DNA of 64,000 bases. Source: Octopus vulgaris. Lineage: Eukaryota. A program made the translations under genes and the position numbers. The stretch covers positions 139,748,001 to 139,812,000 of the forward strand of contig OX597817.1 in the NCBI GenBank assembly GCA_951406725.2, in the 5' to 3' direction. The stretch's first letter is position 1; every line of letters begins with the position of its first letter. The notes beneath the pieces are model-generated. The model was given only the letters and a program-made list of their open reading frames with translations. It was not told the origin of the DNA and did no database searches. Shown one piece after another: positions 60,601 to 64,000 of the stretch.

Positions 60601-63483
60601 CACTAGTCACTTTTCTACCATTATTGGCACTTAGCAACATCTTTTTAAGTACAACACTGATCTTCATTGATCTCCACCACACCACCCCCTTACTCCCCAC
60701 TTCAGAACAACCAACTAAAGAGCTCACTGGGCGCGGCATTCCACTCTTTGGAACTTACCGTGTACTTCTGTAGTTTGTTGTGGCTTAATGGAATCTTCTC
60801 AAATGATTTGGATAATGTCTTTTGAATAAACCCAAGGTCAAAATGTTGTAGGGAAATTAAAAAAAAAAAAAAAATTTTTTTTATATCCTTGCCTTAGCAG
60901 GGGCAAGACTAGGGTTCGTGACCCCTTTTCAAGATCTCTGTAACTGGTGGAGGAAGGTGTCTCCTAAGGTAGGAGACCTGACTCAGATACATATTACAGA
61001 GTGGACTCTTCCACTGAAAGCAGTCAAGAGCCAGGTCATAATCATCATCTTCTAAAGTCCATCTTCCATGCTGGCATGAGTTGGGTGGTTCAACAGGATC
61101 CGTTGAGCCAAAGAACTGCACCAGGTTCCGTTGTCTGCTTTGGAACGATTTCTACAGCTGGATGCCTTTCCTAATTCCAGCTGTTTCACAAAGTGTAACA
61201 AAGGGTATTAGTTGGATTGGTAAGTAACTTGCAAACATCCTTGACAGAGTGGGTAGGGAATAACATTGAAGGAGATGGTTTTATGTGAGGTGTGCAGAGA
61301 GGCTAAAGTTTGACAAGGAGACAAGAACAGGTGTCTGGTTGTAGAAGAGATACATACCACAGCCCCAGGGGGAAAGAAAGAAAAAAGATGTTGATGATGA
61401 GGTGTCAGGATGTAACCCTCAAGGTATATAAAAAGGCGAGCTGGCAGAAGCGTTAGCACACTGGGCGAAAGCTCAGGAGTATTTTGTCTGTCGCTACATT
61501 CTGAATTCAAATTCCGCTGAGGTCGACTTTGCCTTTCATCCTTTCGGGATCGATTAAATAAGTACCAGTTATGCACTGGGGTCAATATAATCGACTTAAT
61601 CCATTTGTCTGTCCTTGTTTGTCCCTTCTGTGTTTAGCCCCTTGTGGGTAGTAAAGAAATAGGTATATAAAAAGGTGACTACAAAGGGGTGATATTAGAG
61701 CAAGTGACGGAAGAATTAGGTTTTGGTGCTATCCTGGCCCTGACCGAGTAGGCTTTGGTGAAATTAAAATTGAGAAGTGAAACCACAGTTAAACGAATAA
61801 CACAAGGATTCCTATTTGATGCTCTACTTGTTCTTCCTGTCTACTACTCTAGATTGTTATTTTGTTTTATTGGCCCCAGAAGGGTAAATGACAAACTAGA
61901 CCTTAGCAGGATTTGAACTTAGGCTGCAACGAGGCAGAATAGATACCACAAGGTATCTTGTCTGATGCTCTACTGACTCTGCTGATCTTTTACTGACTAC
62001 AGTTTATTACTGGTACATTTTTTATGATCCCTCATCTCCTTTACTAAAGAGATGTCATTGAAGGAGCCTCTGTATTGTAATTTGAGCTGTTAGAAATAGT
62101 AGCCAAATCTCCCTCAAGTTACACCTTACTGTCTCTTAATGAAAGATCTTGTATAATGTAATCGCAATTACACTGAGCTTTGAAAAAGTAGGAGGAGATG
62201 GTCATTGATGGAATAAGTGTGATCATAGGTTTGTGTGTGTGTGTGTGTGTGTGTTCTCTTTTGTTTTTAATTTTCTTTATTCTTCCCTTGAGAAAGGAAC
62301 TTGTTTCTAACAAAGATATAAAGCTTCACCTTTGGAATATAGATAACCGAAACGATGTCACATTTTAAACTTGAGAAAAGTCATCATGTTTGTAATGTGT
62401 GAGTTGGCTGATTTCCTTTTTCTGAAGATCGAAGCTTATCCAGATTGAAACTCAGGCATTTACTCACAAAACCATGCACAACACTCATTATTGGTTTAAA
62501 TGTGAATTTATAATCTGGATACAGAAACTGGAGGTTTTGAAACATTGTCCATAGTTATCCTCTTTCTCTTTGATTTTCAAAGAGATTTTTACATGAGTTG
62601 ACCTCTATGACAGTACATGTTTTTTTTGTCTGTCCCAAGCAAGAATATCCAACCTGTTATGTTTACACTTGACCGATGTTTTAATGGGAATGTTCCACCA
62701 ATATTTCTTGAGTTGATATTTGTGTATGTATCCAAAAACAGTGGGGATTGTCTGTATTTATTCCGGGACAGTCTTTTTTTCCGAACGAGCTGGCAGAAAT
62801 GTTAGTACGCTAGGCGAAATGCATAGCTGTATTTCGTCTGCCGTTACATTCTGGGTTCAAATTCCGCTGAGGTCGACTTTGCCTTTCATCCTTTCGGGGT
62901 CAATAAATTAAGTACCAGTTATGCACTGGGGTCGATATAATCGACTTAATCCGTTTGTCTGTCCTTGTTTGTCCTCTCTGTGTTTAGCCCCTTGTGGGTA
63001 GTAAAGAAATAGATATTGTATATTGTTTTTGCAACAGTGTTGTGTCTCATAGGAAGGTAGTACCTTGATACTATCTTTGGGCAGCTGCTTTTACAGATAT
63101 AAGACATAATCTACATTTTCAGTTATGTTGTGGAAGGATTCCGACCATCCCCATCTAACTAAAAGTGGACTGGCACATTACTATAAAAGAAAGAACTGTC
63201 AACAGTTCAGGGTCAGCTGCTGTTCTCTGTGAGTTGTTGGCAGAGAGTATTTAACCCAATGTAACAGCAATTGTATTGCATCGTGTGACTACTTTCTTTC
63301 CTCCTGCCTCATTAAATTATTTATCCAACACCAGAAGATAAAAACTTACATCTTGGTGCAGCAAGGGCTTCACTGTCTTGTTTGTTTGTTGTGTGTACGC
63401 ATGAGATAATGTGTGTTTATAGTGATACGTGTCTATGTTTCTTTCCTTCCAGATCTTTTGTTCTTCGACACTGATCCACCGAG
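3756..63483 (+). CDS. SNX14: Sorting nexin-14, partial multi-exon gene (13 coding exons in window; linker, PX domain, start of Nexin_C)
   Basis: Exons 3756-3829, 5213-5271, 7793-7991, 9813-9846, 10442-10491, 12813-12913, 14432-14534, 22783-22823, 42781-42851, 49171-49225, 56552-56672, 59978-60142 and 63453-63483 all have AG/GT ends and join in one open frame (1104 nt). The peptide is collinear with vertebrate SNX14 as I recall it: [18 protein letters not shown] vs RRYLEFYVLESKLTEFHG; [28 protein letters not shown] vs [28 protein letters not shown]. Confidence 0.95.
4425..5058 (-). mobile_element. Defective Tc1/mariner-superfamily transposon (maT/DD37D-like), 5' part
   Basis: HTH ORF 4630-4899 continues past a stop to [20 protein letters not shown] (first catalytic D). 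Terminus TA-CAGGGTG at 5050-5058. The subfamily is inferred from the FSDEK motif and the CAGGGTG end. Confidence 0.85.
5213..5271 (+). CDS. SNX14: SNX14 exon ([20 protein letters not shown])
   Basis: tttctcttacAG acceptor and GTATGT donor; phase 1 in and phase 0 out match both neighbours. Confidence 0.8.
6244..6765. mobile_element. Non-autonomous TIR element, Tc2/pogo-like, TA TSD
   Basis: Left end TA-CCATAAATCCTCGAGTATAATCTGC; right end reverse complement TA-CTGTAAATCTTCGAGTATAGTCCGC (imperfect TIR of about 25 bp). Confidence 0.85.
7478..7712 (-). mobile_element. RTE-derived non-autonomous retroelement with (GAT)n tail; representative of the most abundant family
   Basis: Shared blocks GGAAGGGCATCCAGCTGTAGAAAC and CCAACCCATGCTAGCATGGAAA...TAAACGATGATGAT. 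Other copies near 921, 5760, 11563, 17014, 19430, 19877, 21100, 29500, 37770, 45430, 48860, 50040, 51796, 52700, 53820, 55030, 56920 and 61040. The same tail is attached to RTE coding sequence at 10590-11385. Confidence 0.8.
7793..7991 (+). CDS. SNX14: SNX14 exon, PX domain start ([13 protein letters not shown]...[12 protein letters not shown])
   Basis: tttttctcAG acceptor, GTCAGT donor, 66 open codons. Resembles SNX14 RNLAAWKISIP...VFCIDVER. Confidence 0.92.
8562..8795 (-). mobile_element. SINE family B, full length
   Basis: 21-bp TSD ctaacaactgagacaaaatat at 8541-8561 and 8796-8816. Confidence 0.9.
9430..9750 (+). mobile_element. SINE family A, diverged copy
   Basis: Aligns by eye with 41919-42300. 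Confidence 0.8.
9813..9846 (+). CDS. SNX14: SNX14 34-nt exon ([12 protein letters not shown])
   Basis: ttgcAG acceptor, GTAGGT donor; supplies the PX W-x-V-x-R motif in phase. Confidence 0.9.
10442..10491 (+). CDS. SNX14: SNX14 exon ([17 protein letters not shown])
   Basis: PX RRYxEF motif; cttttgcAG acceptor and GTAAGT donor. Confidence 0.96.
10590..11385 (-). mobile_element. RTE-clade LINE 3' fragment
   Basis: Encodes [26 protein letters not shown] (post-RT region of RTE), with a duplicated C-terminal DLW block, then the family 3' tail. Confidence 0.8.
11563..11940 (-). mobile_element. RTE-derived non-autonomous element
   Basis: Same family as 7478-7712, with internal GGTGCTTTTTACGTGCCA repeats. 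Confidence 0.8.
12813..12913 (+). CDS. SNX14: SNX14 exon ([33 protein letters not shown])
   Basis: PX LPPK loop and helix; ctgcAG acceptor and GTAAGT donor. Confidence 0.95.
13301..13520. mobile_element. piggyBac-like MITE (220 bp)
   Basis: TTAA TSD at 13297-13300 and 13521-13524; perfect 12-bp TIR CCCTTTCATTAC/GTAATGAAAGGG. Confidence 0.9.
14432..14534 (+). CDS. SNX14: SNX14 exon ([35 protein letters not shown])
   Basis: End of the PX domain; atgcAG acceptor and GTAAGT donor. Confidence 0.95.
14630..14842 (+). mobile_element. SINE family B variant
   Basis: Head and core shared with family B; flanked by an approximate aatattttaattaacaa duplication. Confidence 0.82.
15835..16555. repeat. 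Long C/T-rich low-complexity tract
   Basis: About 700 bp that is almost all pyrimidine on the + strand. Confidence 0.9.
17014..17340 (-). mobile_element. RTE-derived non-autonomous element
   Basis: Same family as 7478-7712. Confidence 0.8.
17385..17775 (-). mobile_element. SINE family A
   Basis: Reverse complement aligns with 41919-42300; internal (TA)/(CA) microsatellite. Confidence 0.87.
19430..20375. mobile_element. Two RTE-derived elements in tail-to-tail inverted orientation
   Basis: Copy 19430-19800 (+) and copy 19877-20375 (-). The second ends in four 21-bp tandem units at 20291-20375. Confidence 0.85.
21662..21910. repeat. Long AT-rich inverted repeat (about 110-bp arms, 27-bp spacer)
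   Basis: 21662-21773 is the near-perfect reverse complement of 21801-21910. Confidence 0.9.
22783..22823 (+). CDS. SNX14: SNX14 exon ([14 protein letters not shown])
   Basis: Matches [14 protein letters not shown]; cttgcAG acceptor and GTAAGG donor. Confidence 0.94.
23165..23572 (-). mobile_element. SINE family A, full length
   Basis: Head AGGCGCAGGAGTGGCTGTGTGG through tail GACTGAAACAAGTAAAAGAG (variant). Confidence 0.88.
24500..26115. mobile_element. Degraded RTE-type LINE fragments on both strands
   Basis: + strand 25150-25360 encodes [30 protein letters not shown]...[11 protein letters not shown] (RT end). The - strand at 25650-26110 has endonuclease pieces ([14 protein letters not shown]; [17 protein letters not shown]). 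Confidence 0.72.
27125..28605. repeat. 24-bp minisatellite, about 60 units (GGACATCTCTTGCGACCTTATATA)
   Basis: Direct tandem repeat. It produces the spurious (RTSLATLY)n ORFs. Confidence 0.97.
29100..29498. repeat. Compound (CA)/(TA)/(CATA) microsatellite
   Basis: Visible directly in the sequence. Confidence 0.9.
29500..29907 (+). mobile_element. RTE-derived non-autonomous element
   Basis: Family blocks plus (GAT)n tail. Confidence 0.82.
29950..30743 (-). mobile_element. Non-autonomous Helitron
   Basis: On the - strand it begins TCTATATATAAA and ends with the hairpin CCCGGGCAACGCCAGG and then CTAG; it sits between A and T with no TSD. Confidence 0.85.
30780..33934 (-). mobile_element. CR1/L2-group LINE, 5'-truncated, disrupted ORF2 (APE endonuclease plus RT)
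   Basis: Endonuclease motifs (LNIGGL, LVETHL, GGVAVYI, MGDFN, LDLCFT, SDHNII) spread over several frames. RT motifs [35 protein letters not shown]; C-terminal LYSLERRR; poly(A) at 30780-30793. Confidence 0.95.
31130..32674 (-). pseudogene. LINE reverse transcriptase domain (514-aa open segment of a frameshifted ORF2)
   Basis: Full set of RT motifs, with frameshifts on both sides. Confidence 0.9.
33935..34865 (+). mobile_element. Penelope-like element 3' remnant (GIY-YIG endonuclease end plus pseudo-LTR) with 5' inversion
   Basis: The - strand encodes [10 protein letters not shown]...[12 protein letters not shown]...FKLDWFIL. The + strand continues FKLDWFIL...[15 protein letters not shown]...LVN, the pattern of PLE GIY-YIG C-termini. 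A hammerhead motif lies downstream. Confidence 0.8.
34579..34671 (+). ncRNA. Type I hammerhead ribozyme
   Basis: CUGAUGA 34589-34595; stem II GAAGA/UCUUC; GAAA 34649-34652; palindromic stem III ACAUAUGU; GUC site at 34658-34660; stem I CUUUC/GAGAG. Confidence 0.85.
34866..35578. repeat. Compound (TAGA)n/(TA)n microsatellite, about 710 bp
   Basis: Visible directly in the sequence. Confidence 0.95.
35579..35977 (-). mobile_element. Non-autonomous Helitron, family H1 copy 1
   Basis: 5' TCTTTATATATAA; 3' hairpin CCCGAGCAACGCCGGG followed by CTAG; A|T target. Confidence 0.88.
36090..36912. mobile_element. piggyBac-like non-autonomous element (823 bp)
   Basis: TTAA TSD at 36086-36089 and 36913-36916; perfect 12-bp TIR CCCTTTCGTTAC/GTAACGAAAGGG. 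Confidence 0.9.
37368..37642 (-). mobile_element. Repeat X copy 1 (about 275 bp, probable Helitron 5' terminus)
   Basis: Near-identical copies at 39681-39957 and 41597-41860. It begins A|TCTCTTATTATAAAA on the - strand, with two short hairpins near that end. Confidence 0.7.
38160..38553 (-). mobile_element. Non-autonomous Helitron, family H1 copy 2
   Basis: Same termini as 35579-35977. Confidence 0.88.
38554..38976. mobile_element. Fold-back retroelement remnant (probable Penelope-like pseudo-LTR) with 119-bp inverted arms
   Basis: Arms at 38718-38836 and 38858-38976; a related copy at about 18410-18660; contains a variant hammerhead motif. Confidence 0.65.
38848..38898 (+). ncRNA. Variant hammerhead ribozyme with G3-C8 core (GUGAACA)
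   Basis: Stem I UUUGUCA/UGGCAAA; GUGAACA 38855-38861; stem II GUCGC/GCGAC; GAAA 38882-38885; palindromic stem III AAUAUU; UH = UU at 38890-38891. Confidence 0.65.
39681..39957 (-). mobile_element. Repeat X copy 2
   Basis: Near-identical to 37368-37642. Confidence 0.7.
40090..40723 (-). mobile_element. Non-autonomous Helitron, family H1 copy 3 (longer)
   Basis: Same termini, plus an extra internal segment at about 40341-40505. Confidence 0.86.
40730..41100 (-). mobile_element. Mariner transposase fragment
   Basis: Encodes INAVYG...QCQWWFQK...SLEDEP...[10 protein letters not shown]; WVPHEL at 40801-40818. Confidence 0.85.
41597..41860 (-). mobile_element. Repeat X copy 3
   Basis: Near-identical to copies 1 and 2; lacks the last few terminal bases. 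Confidence 0.7.
41919..42300 (+). mobile_element. tRNA-derived SINE family A, full length
   Basis: A-box-like TGGCTGTGTGG, B-box-like GGTTCAGTCCC, internal microsatellite, LINE-like tail ending in (GTAAAA)n. Confidence 0.88.
42310..42500 (-). mobile_element. Short hammerhead-bearing repeat, degenerate copy
   Basis: Aligns with 51160-51375. Motif AUUU-CUGAAGA-A-GAGC-UCU-GCUC-AAAAC-AUA-AAAU at 42401-42435. Confidence 0.7.
42781..42851 (+). CDS. SNX14: SNX14 exon ([23 protein letters not shown])
   Basis: Matches [23 protein letters not shown]; ctttaaAG acceptor and GTAAGT donor; follows an intron of about 20 kb. Confidence 0.94.
43915..44210 (+). mobile_element. Penelope-like element remnant (ORF N-terminus next to a degenerate hammerhead)
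   Basis: Encodes [35 protein letters not shown], which resembles the PLE N-terminal KNIP.PS...FI.RMRWKA block. CUGAAGA at 44112-44118, 12-bp stem II, GAAA at 44193-44196. Confidence 0.7.
45546..46251 (-). mobile_element. Non-coding partial-tandem element (about 505-nt period) with hammerhead and terminal inversion; PLE pseudo-LTR or retrozyme-like
   Basis: Direct repeat 45546-45667 vs 46051-46168; 46169-46251 is the reverse complement of 45627-45709. Confidence 0.75.
45786..45896 (-). ncRNA. Type I hammerhead ribozyme, intact core
   Basis: - strand: CGGUUA-CUGAUGA-GAAUU...AAUUUC-GAAA-CCAUGG-UA-UAACUG; palindromic stem III ACCAUGGU; GUA site. Confidence 0.88.
46372..46453 (-). ncRNA. Type I hammerhead ribozyme, slightly decayed
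   Basis: - strand: AUC-CUGAAGA-AGCUGCA...UGCAGUU-GAAA-CAUGUG-UA-GGU. Confidence 0.68.
47551..47745 (+). mobile_element. tRNA-derived CORE-like SINE (family C)
   Basis: A box TGGCTCAGTGG, B box GAGTTCGATTCCC, then GTGTCCTTGAGCAAG...CAGCTGTAGAAATGAGT resembling the MIR/CORE domain. A degenerate copy lies at about 55920-56005 (-). Confidence 0.75.
47853..48258. repeat. (TA)/(TG) compound microsatellite
   Basis: Visible directly in the sequence. Confidence 0.95.
49171..49225 (+). CDS. SNX14: SNX14 exon ([19 protein letters not shown])
   Basis: Strong acceptor (ctattttcAG) and weaker GTGAAG donor. Needed to bridge phase 2 to phase 0 between the flanking exons. Confidence 0.78.
51160..51375 (-). 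mobile_element. Short non-coding repeat carrying a minimal hammerhead
   Basis: Related copies at about 16790-17010, 21340-21500, 21932-22020 and 42310-42500, mostly next to (TA)n runs. Confidence 0.75.
51261..51295 (-). ncRNA. Minimal type I hammerhead motif
   Basis: GUUU-CUGAUGA-A-GAGC-UCC-GCUC-GAAAC-AUA-AAAC. Stem III is probably ACGU originally, altered by CpG decay. Confidence 0.72.
51796..52980. mobile_element. Two RTE-derived elements in inverted (head-to-head) orientation
   Basis: Copies at 51796-52150 (-) and 52700-52980 (+). Confidence 0.8.
56552..56672 (+). CDS. SNX14: SNX14 exon ([11 protein letters not shown]...[11 protein letters not shown])
   Basis: Resembles LFNDLFKNNAN...VEGVYDYLMYV; tttcAG acceptor and GTAAGA donor. 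Confidence 0.9.
57501..57721 (+). mobile_element. SINE family B nested in an RTE-derived element
   Basis: 20-bp duplication ggtttgaccagagctggcag at 57491-57510 and 57722-57741. Confidence 0.88.
58960..59120 (-). mobile_element. SINE family A 5' half, diverged
   Basis: Similar to the family A head and core. Confidence 0.7.
59978..60142 (+). CDS. SNX14: SNX14 exon, Nexin_C region ([27 protein letters not shown]...[13 protein letters not shown])
   Basis: Matches RVVFQVPDWLHHLL...QEHRLVSLITLLR; tttttAG acceptor and GTAGGT donor. Confidence 0.95.
61435..61660 (+). mobile_element. SINE family B, full length
   Basis: 15-bp TSD aggtatataaaaagg at 61422-61436 and 61661-61675. Confidence 0.9.
62787..63013 (+). 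mobile_element. SINE family B
   Basis: Near-identical to 61435-61660. Confidence 0.88.
63453..63483 (+). CDS. SNX14: SNX14 31-nt exon ([11 protein letters not shown])
   Basis: Resembles DAIFCENTEPR; cttccAG acceptor and GTAAGC donor; phase fits. Confidence 0.88.
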
Positions 63484-63897
63484 GTAAGCCACATTCATAT
63501 ATTTACTTTCCATATTTCAATAAAGCAATATCACTAAATACAGCATCAGAGAAATTGTTTAACTAAAGGATTATAGAATTAGAGTACTCTCTCCACAAAT
63601 CCCTTGGTACTCATTTGTTGGTAAGAAAACTCAATAAATTCACGGTACTGGTCTGTTGGTCTCAAAAGTCATTTAGGTCACAGCTCTGATATTATCTCTG
63701 AAGATTAAGAAATCAAATTCTAAAATGTCAACAATATTATCTACTATTTTTAGCAGATGGCATGAAACCCAAACAGTTCTTTGTAAAGAATTTCAGTTAG
63801 AGATGCTATCAGATATAATCAGAACTACAATCTCTCTTTCCAGCTCTGATAGCCATATATCTCTCCTACTGCAAGGCCCCTGCCCTTCGATCATACA

Positions 63898-64000
63898 TTG
63901 TCTCAAGCATTTGTCTTATGAAGAAAGGCTGAAGACGCTCGACCTTTATTCTCTAGAAAAACGCCGCCGCCGTGGTGATCTCATTCTTGCTCACAACATC
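63898..64000 (+). mobile_element. CR1/L2-group LINE 3' coding fragment (runs off the window)
   Basis: Encodes LKHLSYEERLKTLDLYSLEKRRRRGDLILAHNI. Confidence 0.85.

Noticed and set aside
60563-60612. CUGACGA-AGG...CCU-GAAC-ACUAGUC hammerhead-like string
   Set aside because: GAAA is broken and stem I does not pair in register; at best a very decayed motif.

Overview
AT-rich, repeat-dense animal genomic DNA, not prokaryotic. The repeat families and microsatellite load suggest an octopus or other coleoid cephalopod, which is my inference. The window lies inside one + strand gene, sorting nexin 14 (SNX14). I traced 13 phase-consistent GT-AG coding exons (1104 nt, 3756-63483) covering the linker, the PX domain and the start of the Nexin_C domain; both gene ends are outside the window. 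The introns hold mariner and maT-like transposase relics, Tc2/pogo-like and piggyBac-like MITEs, co-oriented non-autonomous Helitrons, a 3-kb CR1/L2-group LINE, RTE fragments with many RTE-derived short elements, three tRNA-derived SINE families, a 24-bp minisatellite and long microsatellites. The most interesting signal is a set of at least nine type I hammerhead ribozyme motifs from several sequence families, linked to Penelope-like element remnants and fold-back inversions. Two have intact canonical cores, and one has a GUGAACA core, a natural G3-C8 swap of the conserved C3-G8 pair. Most ORFs in the supplied track are microsatellite or repeat artefacts. All alignments and folds were done by eye.
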